This document shows positions 28,771 to 40,866 of a DNA stretch of 64,000 bases, one piece after another. The stretch is from Podospora anserina. Its lineage: Eukaryota. The notes beneath the pieces were generated by a model. The model searched no databases and was not told where the DNA came from. It saw only the letters and a list, made by a program, of their open reading frames with translations. The stretch lies in contig CM030335.1 in assembly GCA_017654855.1 (NCBI GenBank), positions 2,790,001-2,854,000 of the forward strand. The letters run 5' to 3'. Within the stretch, counting starts at the first letter, position 1. Each line of letters starts with the position of its first letter. A program made the translations under genes and the position numbers.

Positions 28771-29179
28771 ATGGTCGATGCCTTGTTTGGTACTGATGAG
28801 ATGATTATAAGATGAGATGAGAAACACTTTCAACCTGTACATAGTTTTTCCTTTATGTTTTCACCACACACACATGTCACATCGTATATTTATACCCTGT
28901 ATCTTGAGCCTTGCCGGCCAGCTGGTTGAGGCGAGCGGCATAAAAAGGGAGGACATGCATTCGGTTATCGTTATGGTTTGGTAGCCTTTTTTTTTCTTCC
29001 TCTTTCGGTTAAATGAAAAGAAATGAAACAAACAAACTGTGCCTTCCTTGCTGCTGTGAATCAAGTGAATGGTGTGAATGCCTTGCTGATGCGACTATGA
29101 TATCTTGACACAAAACTTCTTTGACATTTAGGTTTGACCATCAAGCCAACCCTTGAGACGGGGAGTGCTCAACCATCAA

Positions 29180-30166
29180 TGCAACCTGACCACTTACACA
29201 GAGTTGAATCGATCACTCAGGGGACCCAAAGTTGAGCTGACCCACTTGCAAATAGTTGAGCTGACCACTTACAAGATGTTGACCCGACCGCTCACCAGGC
29301 AATAGACGACATGACCATGTCACAGTCAAATATTGACACAACCCACAGGAACCTTTGACACACCATCTGGGACCACTGCCTTTAGCGAAAAGTTGTGATG
29401 ATGCCCCTCATGACACGCATGTCGAATCGACCGCTCAGGGATGATGAGCTGAGCTGACCACTTGCAAAGAGTCGAGCTGACCATTCAGGGGGGATGAAGT
29501 TGACTTGGCCACTTACAAGATATCACCACTCAGCAACAAAACCCCATACACAACATCAGACGTCAAATCAAGCTATCATCTATCCATGACCCCCAATGCA
29601 AACCTCCGACCTCAACCTCACCTCCTTCCCCATGCCCGCGACCACTCCCCGGCAGTAAAATCCTGCCATGACACACAATGACAATTCGGGAATGTCAAAG
29701 TTGACCTGACCACCCCCCAAAACCTGACCCAACCGGCCCCCTACTACCAACAGCCATCATGTCAGAGTCCGAGACCGGGAGGCGCAATACAATATCCGTG
29801 ATAATCCTGTTGACCTTCTCAAATACTCTCCTGACCATGTTACTTACCAAATGGGAGCTTTGAGAGTCACCTGGTCGATCCCTTCCAACTGACCTGACCA
29901 CTCCACTCAACATTACCTGACCACTCCCTGGCTGTTAACACAACCACAGTCATATGTCAACATGATCAGCAAAAACTTCCATTTGTGATACTCCAAAATG
30001 GACATCAATGGTGGGAATGATCATTGTCAGGATCGAGTCTGTATGTGCACACGCAGAGTTGGGGGGAGCATCTCGACATAAGTGTGTCAAGAGTTGACCC
30101 GACTACTTCAAGGAAGTTAAAGCTGAACTGAACATTCAGGCGTTTTGAAGCTGACCCGACCACTTT
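29180..30166. repeat. Degenerate repeat array, about 15 copies of GTTGA(G/C)CTGACCACT
   Basis: Copies near 29184, 29203, 29231, 29255, 29278, 29421, 29447, 29470, 29498, 29700, 29888, 29912, 30093, 30122 and 30150. Blocks ~29200-29290 and ~29420-29525 resemble each other. Confidence 0.75.
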
Positions 30167-30455
30167 GATGACAGGAACTCACCCAAAATATTCTCACCCG
30201 GAAGGAGGCTGCACATAACCATTCCATATAACTCTGTATTAATGATCCATCTCCATTCATCATCATGATCGGCTGTCCTCATATCTACGTGAAAAGAAAC
30301 GGACGTGTCCCGTATCCCGGCTTATATCATCAAAGCCCCCAGTCATTGTGTCCCATATCCTCCTTCCTTCGTGAAAATCATCATCCCACCGCGCCAGCGA
30401 TGAGACCCAAAAATAAAAATAGAGATCATGAAACGAATCATGTGCATCATGTACA

Positions 30456-32137
30456 TTAGAGTGAGGATGCCTCCGTTGCTGTGTCCGTGAGGTTTGTCAA
30501 ATCCGTGGAATCCGTGTTGTTGGCGTCGAACTTTGATGCCAACTCTGACGGCATGACATAATCCCCGAAGGCATCAACAGTGATAGAGAACTGTGTTGTC
30601 AAATCGCCATATGAGGACACCAAAAAGCCGATGGCCTCACCAAAAGCCAACAGCCCAAAGTTTCGGAGCATCGAAGGTGGCATTCCGTATGATCCCAGTA
30701 CCAGTGAGGCCGAGGGACAGACAAGAAACGGCCACCAGCTTTTTGTCGTTGCGGTCTTGAACATTGATTCGTTAACGGTCAAGGCGGCAGCGGCGGTTTC
30801 TTCGAGGGCATCCAAGATTTCGTTCGTAATGTTTTTTGCTTGCTTGAGCATGGATGTATGGTCCTCAACCTCGTCGGACAGCTTCTCGGTGGCGGCAAGG
30901 ATGCGATCAACTCCTTGTTCAAGGGCATCCTGACGCTGGGCCAATGCAACGGCTTGTTGATTTTGGAATTGCTATTAAAGTTAGCGATCCAGTCAACGTA
31001 GCACGATGGGGGGTCCCTCACAATTTGCTGGCTCAGTGAGGCGGATGAGGCCATCGCAGTTGAGACGATGTCTATCAAGGCACCCATGCCGTCATTGACC
31101 CTTTTGGTCTGTTGGAGCGAGGTCTCATGAGCATGGGCCGCTCGGGAGCTACCATCGAGAACATTTGCGAAGAGAAGACCCAGTAGCTTCTGAAGACCTT
31201 CCGCATTCTCGAGACTGTCCTGCATAGATTCGGTGGCCTTTCGCATCGCAAAGTCGAGATCACCCGAGAGGTAGCTCTCAAGCCTCGACAGGCCTTCTCC
31301 TAACTCATCTACCTTGGGCGCGAGTCGGTCAAGGTTCTCCATAGATTGCCGGGCACGGTTATCGAGGTCGTCCATCCGTTTCTGCAGCTCGGCTTCGACG
31401 CCGTCGGTAAGTTTGGCAATGACCTGGGTAAGACGCTGGTACAGCAAGATATTTTGGTCTGCCAGAGGTTAGCTGCCAAAACTCTCCAAACTTGCTCCAT
31501 ATCTTCTTACCCTTCTCATTATCCGCCCTTGCCGCCTCGCAGAACCTCAATGCTTTATGACGATAGCTCACCCACGTGCTCCAAGCTGCATCCGAAGCTG
31601 CCAGCGCCGACAAACACAGTCCAATCTCCGAAGGCGTGACATGAAGCTGAGGTTCGCTCCGCATCGCAATTTGAGTCAAGGATGGCTCACGAAACTTGGC
31701 GCATTCGTTTGGTATCTTGAAGCTGCCCCTCTCTAGATCGCAAATCGCCAAGCTAGCCGCGTAAGAGTCGACGAAATCTCGCAGTTGCCGGCCACTGTCA
31801 GTCAGCATTGTAGCTTCATTCTTCCCATCCACCAATTCGCAGTTGTTGACGAGTAGGCGGGCTGCCACGCGATGGCATAGCGGTTCCGATTCCATCTCTT
31901 GGAGCTCGTTCAGCGCCCTTGTGTAAATGTCTGAGTGTCTCGAGTCTTGCTGCGAAAGCGCAGAGCGGCGTTCATTTGTATCAACTGCTGCTGTATCACT
32001 GTTGGCCCTCCGTATGGAGGCGAGTCTCCAAAAGTAAACTTACAAGCATTCGGCCTTCTCTCGGCCCTCCATCCAAATCCATCGACCCACGGTAAGAGCA
32101 CCGTAAGTACGACCAGACCGGTCTTCATTTTTAGCAT
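30456..32137 (-). CDS. KAR5: Nuclear fusion protein Kar5/Tht1/GEX1 family; 4 exons
   Basis: N-terminal signal peptide, then a Cys-rich domain ([16 protein letters not shown]...[13 protein letters not shown]...C...CLSAL...WSTWVSY...FC), coiled coils and C-terminal TM segments. Three GT-AG introns restore a continuous frame. Confidence 0.85.
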
Positions 32138-33392
32138 GGTATCGAAAGCGTTGAGGGATGCGCGAAAGAATATCGGTTGTCAAATTGACGGAACGTGAGA
32201 AATGGCGCAGAGACTGTTACCTGCTGCGGGCTTGACGGGAGAAAGAAAAGAGGATGGTCATCAAGTATTGGAGGTTATGGGTGAAATTCTGAATTTTAGG
32301 AGTGAAGAGTGGAAGGTGCGAGGGAGGCCGGATATAATTTCAGGCAACCTCCTTCCTGCTCCAGTGGCAATGATGTAACGGTTGTAATCAGGTGATTATA
32401 GATAATTCAGATAAGCGGAAAGGTCCCGATTTTCCTGAGAGCAAGTAACATTCCATTGTCTCGTGGGTCAAGAGCAGAGGCTGCTTGGATCTGTCTATGG
32501 CAGTCTTACCCGCATTATCAGCAAGATTCTAGGGTATTCCCCAAATAATAGGGCCGTTCGCCTCACTGGTAGCCAGCTGGGTAAGAATATCAGATTGAAA
32601 TCCTCTTTGTCCTCAAACCATGAAAATATATGCTCTTGTGGAAGGGCCAATGATGGAAAACATGCCTTGCGAACATACTCCGCACTTTCTGGTCAACCCG
32701 CCTCCAGTATTATTCAAGATACCTAACATATATCATGTCAAATGATATTATGACGGGGCCACTGGCAGTGCTCTTGTTTCTCCTGTATGCGGATGCCCAT
32801 GGCGTTCCAGAGGGGGCTGCATCCTCCAACATGCCATTATCTGATAGCAAGCGACCATCCCTAGACATATCATTATTCTTATCTCCCTTCAATTGAGAAC
32901 ATCCCCAAAGGACCCGATGATTTCCCCGGTGCAACATTTGTAAGGGTTGGAGTGCCAGCACGCGATGTGAGTCCTCATCCGAGACGGGGTGAAAAGAACG
33001 CCAAGTTGACACCAAAACAATGAAGTCAAGCCGAGTTTAAAGTTATCATGACCATATGACATTGGGAGAGTTCCAACGAGAAGAAACATCAACAATTTAC
33101 TCGTTCTTCCATAAAAGGCTTACACTTTTGATGCCCCTGATGTTGACCTGTCGTTGTCTTGCTGACTCATCAACCGTACCTGCCAGTCGCCCCACCACAC
33201 CACTCCAAAGCTCCCGCGGTCCGTGCTCCAATCTTTTTATCAAAAGCGATTTCCACCTCCCAGCGCTGGCAGCCAGCCCACTCCCCGACGCCGCCCCCAG
33301 CTTCCGAGCTCCGCGACACTTTGCGCGCGCATTCACTCCCTCCATCCCTCCTCCCCCTGAACCCCCACGGCGAGGTCTCCCAATCGCCCAAA

Positions 33393-34314
33393 ATGCTCGC
33401 CTCCAACACCACCAGACGAGCACTCGCCTCGTGCTCCTCCTCCTCGACAGCCACCGCAGTCCTCCCCAGCTTCCTCGTACCAGCCCTCCAGACCAGTGCG
33501 CCCCGACGAACATTCTCCGCCACAGCGAACCGGCCGTCAAAGTTGGGGAGGAATCCAATCTCTATCCCTCCCGGAGTAGAGCTTCAAGTGGGGGATCTGT
33601 TCGTCAAGAAGGATGTGACCACCTACCTGCAAACCAAGAAGAGGAAGGTGGTCGTGAAGGGGCCATTGGGTGAGATTTACCTGGAAAAAGAATGATTGAG
33701 AGAATTGGGATTTGCAAAGTGGGAGGAGAGGGGCTGACATGTCAATCTGTGGGGGAATCAACAGGCCAACTGGAGCTCGACATCCCCTCCTTCGTCAAAC
33801 TCGACCACGACGCCGAGGGCAGGAAAGCAGTCTTGACCGTGGAAGACAAGGAGCAAAAGAAGCAAATGGAGATGTGGGGTATGCTTTCCCCCCATTACCC
33901 ATGCAAAAGGGAAAAGAAACGCTGACTTGGGACGAAAAATCCACAGGTACAACCTGGTCCTACCTCAACAACTACATCATGGGCGTATCAGAAGGCCACA
34001 CTGCCGTCCTCCGCCTCGTCGGTATCGGTTACAGAGCCACAGTCGAGCCCCGCCCCGCCCTCGAAGAGTACCCGGGCCAGCAGTTCGTCTGCCTCAAGCT
34101 CGGTTTCTCCCACCCCGTCGAGATGGGCCTCCCCCTCGGCATGAAGGCCAGTGCGCCCCAACCAACCCGCGTCCTCCTCGAGGGTATCGACAAGGAGCAA
34201 ATCATGTCCTTTGCCGCCAAAATCAGGAGGTGGAGAGTGCCGGAGCCGTACAAGGGGAAGGGCATTTTCATTAATGATGAAACGATCAAGCTCAAGGCAA
34301 AGAAGATCAAATAA
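33393..34314 (+). CDS. MRPL6: Mitochondrial ribosomal protein uL6m; 3 exons
   Basis: Motifs SKLGRNPISIP, VKGPLG, MWG|TT, GVSEGH, LKLGFSHPV and RVPEPYKGKGI. Confidence 0.93.
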
Positions 34315-34478
34315 ATGATGCGCCATCAGGAGAAGAAAAGGGGCATCTGTGTACATCTAGCAGTAGTATTCACCATTGGATTCTTGGTGAGTTGTATGAT
34401 CGTGTGGCCTGTATCTGTGCCATAAGAACTTGTACATTTACTTCAGACGTTTTTTTCTGCTTTTCCCCTTGCCATGCT

Positions 34479-35705
34479 TTATTTTACACCCAGGACCTCC
34501 TGAACGACGCTCAGGACTTGGCTGTGAACAGCCTTTGGCGCAGCAATGACACCGCTGTTGGTGGCCAACGTCCTCCCCACGCCAAAATTCAGACGGTTAC
34601 CCTTGATATCGGTTACCTCGCCGCCAGCTTCCCTCACAATCAAATCACCAGCAGCGTGATCCCAGATCTTCTCCTGGTATGTCTTGGAAGTCGGCAAACG
34701 CAGGTAGATATCTCCCGCGCCTCTGGCAATAGACCCGTACTTGGCCTGCGAGTCCATTCTCACACTCTGCTTGGTAATCCCCAGCTTCTGCGCAATCTGC
34801 GCCGACTCGCTCTGGTTCGAATGTCCCGCCTCGACGCTCTCGCAAAAGCTTGCGTTGGACATGTCGGTAAGAGGCTTCATAGAGATGCTCCTCCCCTCAG
34901 CCAGGGCACCGGCCTTGAGAGGTCTGCTCGTTGCGCCCTGTCCAATAACAGCAGAAAAAAGCACACCCCTCCCTTCGTCGTCGGTAGCATTAGCCCCGAT
35001 ATCGGCCGTCAAAGGCGCCGCATCGTCAACCGGCAAATTAGGACACCCAATCGCTCCCACTTTGACATCCCCGTCCTGTAGCAGGGCAAGGCAAACGGCG
35101 TATTGCCCCCCTCTCAAAAAACCCTTGGTGCCGTCAATTGGATCAATAGTCCAGACCCTCCCTACTTTTCCACCTTTGCTGTTTCCTTGGTCGATGATAT
35201 CAAGCATTGCATCCGCATCCTTGATCCCGCCTCCCAAAAGCCCCTCAGCAGCGACGTCATCCAAGCTGGTAGTGCGGACAAGCTCCCAGATTTGATCGCG
35301 GAGGGGAGGGTAGGCGCGGAGCTCGGTGGCCTCTTCCTCGGCGACGATTTCGTCGTGGGGGAAGTTGTGCTTGAGGGCGGAGATGATCAGGGCTTGGGCG
35401 CCGAAGTCGCCGATGGTGACGGGGGAGGCGTCGTCTTTGGAGACGGTTCCTTTGGAGGTCTCGTGGAAGACGCGTTTGGTGAGGATGGAGGCGCGTTGGA
35501 CGGCTAGCTGGGCGATTTCGAGCTCGCGGGAGTAGAGGGACGTCATTTTGGCGAGGTTTGGGGTGGTGGATTGGGAGCGGAGGTGGGAGAGGATGAGGGT
35601 GAGGCGGGGGGTTATGGAGGGGATGAAGGCCGCCAGGATGAGGATTAGGAGAGAGGTGAGTAACAAGAGAGGAAGACGGGGTTTATGCGGGGAATCACGA
35701 GGCAT
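34479..35705 (-). CDS. MET22: 3'(2'),5'-bisphosphate nucleotidase (Met22/Hal2); second in-frame ATG at 35546
   Basis: KDDASPVTIGDFGAQA, VAEE, WTIDPIDGTKGFLRGGQYAVCLAL, RMDSQAKY and EKIWDHAAG. Confidence 0.95.
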   Translation of the reverse strand: MPRDSPHKPRLPLLLLTSLLILILAAFIPSITPRLTLILSHLRSQSTTPNLAKMTSLYSRELEIAQLAVQRASILTKRVFHETSKGTVSKDDASPVTIGDFGAQALIISALKHNFPHDEIVAEEEATELRAYPPLRDQIWELVRTTSLDDVAAEGLLGGGIKDADAMLDIIDQGNSKGGKVGRVWTIDPIDGTKGFLRGGQYAVCLALLQDGDVKVGAIGCPNLPVDDAAPLTADIGANATDDEGRGVLFSAVIGQGATSRPLKAGALAEGRSISMKPLTDMSNASFCESVEAGHSNQSESAQIAQKLGITKQSVRMDSQAKYGSIARGAGDIYLRLPTSKTYQEKIWDHAAGDLIVREAGGEVTDIKGNRLNFGVGRTLATNSGVIAAPKAVHSQVLSVVQEVLGVK

Positions 35706-36319
35706 TAAGCAGAGTGAAGGCTCAGAGAGGTTTGCCCACGCTCTTGGTGATCGCGTTAGGTAAGATGGGTGGGTGGTGGGAGCTTGGAGGTGAGCACGCT
35801 TTCAGTGGGTAGGTTGCCCCGCATTATGTTGATATTGACGTCGTTCCTGAGCTGTTACCCCACACTTTGGCTGCAAAGTTGGGATCTAAACCTATGAGAG
35901 AGCCTGAAATAAGTGAAGCTAATGAGTTTCAAGGGGATTGGGATTTTGGACCCCTTTCTTATCGTGAAATTTTTCGACCGCAGGCATCCCAGTGTCTTTT
36001 GGCAGGAGCTCCCCGATGACGGAAGACCCTTGACCCACTCAACTCCCGAGGGCCCAAGCTCCTCAGCCAGCTCTCTTTCAACCTCATCGCATGACCGGAA
36101 GGAGAAGGGGGTTACATTCTGACGCTCTTTTGGACGCCTATATCGACTCAATCACTTTGGAAAATGTATGTATCAGCTTCAAGGGCAGGCATGTGTCTTT
36201 CTGAGGTTTCTCATGTGCTAGGCCAGTGTCATCTAAACCCTAAACCTGATTTCTACTCACCCCCTTTTTACCCGTATTTCGCCCCCGTTATTTTCCTTTT
36301 ATCTTTAATAGTCATCTCC

Positions 36320-37342
36320 CTATTTCCCACCATCGCTACTCCCATTCCTCGAGATTGCTTCTGGTACCTCCATCTCACAACACCCCAAATCCACATCCAT
36401 CTCGACATACCCTCCATCAACATCCATCTCAACCCTCGGGGCAGGCCATCCATCGATTTCCTGCGGTGGCAGACTTATTGACCTGCTGCCCATCTCTGTT
36501 GTGTCATTATGCTGTATCTCTATCTCTTCAATCCTTTTGTGTTGCTGGGAGTTTCTCTGAGACTTTCTATGCGGACGGTGCCGCCGCCGGTAGAAATAGA
36601 GAGCCAGAGCGATAAGAACAAGAAAGAAGAGCGAAGAGAGGATTCCGCCTACGACCAGTGTTGGGGTTGGACCTGGGGTGGCTGGAGGAGGGTCGTCGCT
36701 GGGCGAGGGGGCTTGTGTGGATGTCGTTATCTCAGTGCTGGTGAGCGAGGCAGATGAAGTGTGGCTAGTTGCCGGGAATGTGAGACTGGAGGTCTTTGAG
36801 GGCGTTTGGGAGTCAACATCTATTGTCGACTTTGTGGTGGACTTTGTATCGGTCTCTGGCAATGACGATGATGACAATGATGAAGACGTCTGGGTTTATT
36901 CGAAGAGGTAGAAGCTCTATCTGTGGACAAAGACGTTTGCGTTGGCCGAGGAATGAAGGTGATTGTGCTAGGCTTCGACTCTGTCGAAGCTGGGAGGTTT
37001 TCTTTCTGTGTAGATGTATCAGGCGCTGGAGGAGAGTTGGATGCCGGTGGGGTTCCGTTGCAGTAGGCCAGGTACCTCCCAAACACCGCGTCCAGCTGTT
37101 CATTGGCTCTCTGGTTGTCGTCGGGGACACATTCTTTACAGTCTGAATATGTGGTTTGGAATGCTGACCCTGTCTCACAGAGTTCTTGGGACTGGCCCAC
37201 CCTCAGTGCTTCGATGCGGGCGTTTTCTGCTTTCCTGTCAGCACACTGGAAGCAGTCAAGATGGAATTACCATACCACAGCCTGGGTAACATATATCTGG
37301 GACGCTGGCTAGATTCTGCCTTCTCTCAACGCTAAGCACCAT
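36320..37342 (-). pseudogene. Type-I membrane/cell-surface protein (Cys-rich N-domain, Ser/Thr stalk, TM), interrupted by a -1 frameshift near 36895
   Basis: Exon VPDICYPGC|ENARIEALRVGQSQELC...CKECV...YLAYC. The S/T stalk switches frame at TCG AAT AA ACC CAG. TM segment LVVGGILSSLFFLVLIALALYFY is followed by RRRHR. No clean signal peptide upstream. Confidence 0.6.
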
Positions 37343-39088
37343 TCTATATTTCTTGCCGATCACCAGCTAACAGAAATAGCATTGAGACAAAGTCTTCTAA
37401 ATAAAAGCAGAAGAGCGCTGATAATCACTTTCCAATAGTTTAGGTAACCATATTCTTGTCAAAAAGGGGTGCTCGAGCCGAAAGCTGTCCAAATCTCGTA
37501 GGCTAACTGTTGATGTTAGGTCGGCGCGAGAATGGCCTTGTGTGGCGTCGATCAGGCAATGGGGGCCAAAGTGACCATACCCAGATGACGAATTCACACT
37601 CCAATCTCATTTGACTTACACTGTTGCCTGTTTGCTGCTAGCTTGATATATGTACTTCTCGTCTCGGGATACTTCTTAAGTGCCGTAGTCTTTTCATGGC
37701 ATTTCTGAAGCCAGCCGAAAACAGCACTCATTTGGGTATTGTCAACAATCATACCTACCTCATTAAAGTCCCGCTGCGCCCGTCCAGGAAGGGGGCCAGA
37801 ATATTGGATCGTTACCTAACAGTAACAACTGCGAAGACCTAAGCTGTTCTAAGCAACTCACTTTAGATTCACTATCACTCGGCTTGCCTTTAATAAAAGC
37901 ACAAGGCTGCAGCTTCAGCTACTCAATTGCTGTCAACTAGACCCTCTAAAAACGCCATTCAACACGCAAACATATACTGTCTTTATCCGAAAATTTCTCC
38001 AAGAGCTTAGATACGCTTTTTTGTTCATGTAGTACTATGCAGAGAAAGATTAAAAAACTCCACCAATCATTGCATGCCCAGAAACGTTATGTAATAATTA
38101 CTCTACACGGATAGTAACAGTTTCCTAACGAATCCATTTACTTCAAATATATATCATGCTTCTGTATCTAAGGGCAGGTAATCAGATAGCATCTATTGAG
38201 CCTAGATAAGGTAGTGAAGCGCTTAGTATATCACTGACATTAACGCTCACTCTTTGCTGTCTATTGTAAGCTCAGGACGCTTCATAGGATATCAGAACAA
38301 AGTTCAGCCAAACCGTAGGTTAGTAAGCTATCCATGGAGGAGAAGAAGAAAAAGACACATTATCCCTGATATTCCAAAGAATCCCTAGCGAATATCTGAA
38401 TACAATAGCGTGCGATTGTAGCTGAAGGCGTTTATTGAAATAATCAAGATCCACCGTAAACCGCTGGTCTCCTTTTTGATGATAACCCGAAGGACAGGAA
38501 ATTCCGAAGGCTTCATGAGGAATTCCTTGAAAGCTCTCAAGAAAGCCTGGGGCTGAGTTTTTACCTGAACAGATTTAATCCAATGAGATAAGTAATCATG
38601 GATCTAGTGCACGGGTGGTACAACTGTTTCCAGAATACCTAGGTGTGTTGTTGCTGTTGAAGGTGCCTAGGTAAGGTAGGTAGGTGGTGTCCAGCCCTCC
38701 AAGAAGTAAAATGCTGTCTTATAGCGAATGTAATGAAAAGACAAAGCGAATTTAATGAAGATGAAAAGCGGAAATAACTAGTGTAACCCAATCAAATACT
38801 GAAGGCAAGGCTATTTTCTCCGCCCGACCTTCCCCTACGTAAGAGGTCTGGCAAGAGCCAACAGTCCACTCGGCGTCAATTGTCGAGTACTGTAGGTAAG
38901 GAAATAAGAAAAGTCCAGTTTCATATAGGTGAAAGAGCAATGTGAAACAGAAAGCCAGAGAAACCATAGGAGACCCAATCACAGACAATATTCCAAAAAT
39001 GAAATACCTCCATGTATTCCAAACCATTAACCTTCAAGAAAGCTCCCCCAGAAGTTGGGCCGTGGCATCAAGCCAGCTCTTTAGCCCT

Positions 39089-39798
39089 CTAGTCAAACCA
39101 CTCCGGGCATACTGTTTCTTTGCCAGTTTTCTCATCAATATGGACGAACCTCTGGCGGTCAACGTCCCATTTCCAGTAGTCATCCTTGACTGCGGAAGCA
39201 TCTGCAGTGCCGTTGGTGTCGGTGCAGGTAGAGTCAACGTATTCGGGTTCAGGGTCTACCAGACTCTCGTCATGATGTTGAGTGTCGTTGCTCCTGATCT
39301 GAGGGGGCTGATCGGGAGACTGGGGAGACTGTGAAGACACACAGCTTGTCTTTTCGACATCAAGCTGTGCGTCAATGGGCTCTTTGTGATTACCGGTGGT
39401 TTGGCTGATTACGAAGAGTTGGATCCCGGCGATGCTTGAGAAGCATGCGTCTGGGGTAGCGATGAGGGCGAGAATGACGACTTGGGGTGTCGTAACGTTG
39501 GAGATAGGTAAACCGAGAACAAGAGAAAGGCAGAGCTTCGTGCTGCTCGACACGCACTGTTAGCTTCATTGCGTGGTTTATGCTAAATTATGGTTGAGAA
39601 AACTTACTATGACTTGACCGTGTTCAAACAACTATGTCGAAACTTTGAGTGAAGATGTCCGTTGTCGAAGTATTTGGTGTGTTTGTACAGTTGGCAGTCC
39701 TCGCAGTCGCTGAAATCGCGATGGTCAGGAGATTTTTTACCGCAAGGACCATTGCGACAATACCACAAGTAGGGGCGCGGACGGGAGCGACGAGGCAT
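39089..39798 (-). CDS. Orphan A1: Cys-rich N-terminus and C-terminal WKWD...RFVH...CPEWFD motif; 2 exons
   Basis: Exon 1 39798-39608. Intron 39607-39543 (GTAAGT...GCTAAC...GCAG) removes the TAG and joins ORF 39089-39553 in frame. C-terminus is clearly paralogous to A2. Confidence 0.7.
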
Positions 39799-40866
39799 AG
39801 TTGCCAGATGAGGTCAGGTTTAGGTTAGGTGTGAGTACTGCCAACTTATAGACTCGAAGTAGTAGAGGTTTGAAAGGTTCTAGAAATTGTTGGTAGTGTT
39901 GGTGGCCGTTGGAATCTGTAACGGAGATCAAGTAAAGATCTAGAGGAAAGATACAGCTCTATTATAAAGAGATGCTCGCCCGTACTGAGGATTCTTTCTG
40001 GGCTACTCATGTCATTGGTATGCTCCAAGGCTTCTGAGTCAGGAAGCAGTACACTGCAGAAGCAGTTAATTTGTTAGTGAGCTACCTACCCTGTCGGTCG
40101 TGGCTTGGTTCTCGAACTGCCTGACCACCCGTGCGGCGCTGGCTGGTGGCCTCGTTGACAACAATTTGGGCTTTGGACATAGGTCATGATTGGTTTGCGA
40201 GCCCTGCTGACAACCATAGAGGTGTTGAACTAGCAAGCCATCTAAGACCATCTTTCGAGTAATGTATATTCGCATCGCAATCATGCCCAGTGAAAGGTCA
40301 CTCAAGCACCAATATGTCCATGTCCACCATGGCGCGGAGATACACGAGTGACATAAATGGAATTTAGACGATTTTGGTGCTACAAAATGGAATTTGCAGA
40401 GCCCCATTCGCTGGTGCGATGGTGCATTTGGTGCTGAATGTTTGAAACCCGCTTGGGTTTACGCACTCTCCAGTCTTCAACCCGCTGTTTCTAGAGATTC
40501 TCATAGGTCAATAACATAATGGTAAATGGAAATTCTGGTTTCTTTGGACTTAGTTGACACAATAGGAAATTGTAAATTCTGTCTCGCTGCTTCGTCCTAG
40601 TGCTTGGCACAACTGTTGAAGTTTGTAGGCTTTTTGACCGGGCACCCTCCACTTTCCATGGAGGCTATGCGCAATTCCAGTTACAAGAAAGGTCACTGGA
40701 AGTGTACTCAGGTACTGATTGGTTGCAACTGGACATTCCGAGTTGCAGCAGGTCTCGTCAGAAAGAGGCCTGCACGCCTCACCCAGGCCTTGAAGCAATA
40801 TAAGGTAAGAGAAGAGCAATTCGGCCTTCACTCAGTACCTTGTCTTTTTTCTCATCACTAGCAGCC

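Noticed and set aside
29180-30166. CRISPR-like repeat-spacer array
   Set aside because: Eukaryotic context, degenerate repeats, short irregular linkers and no cas genes.
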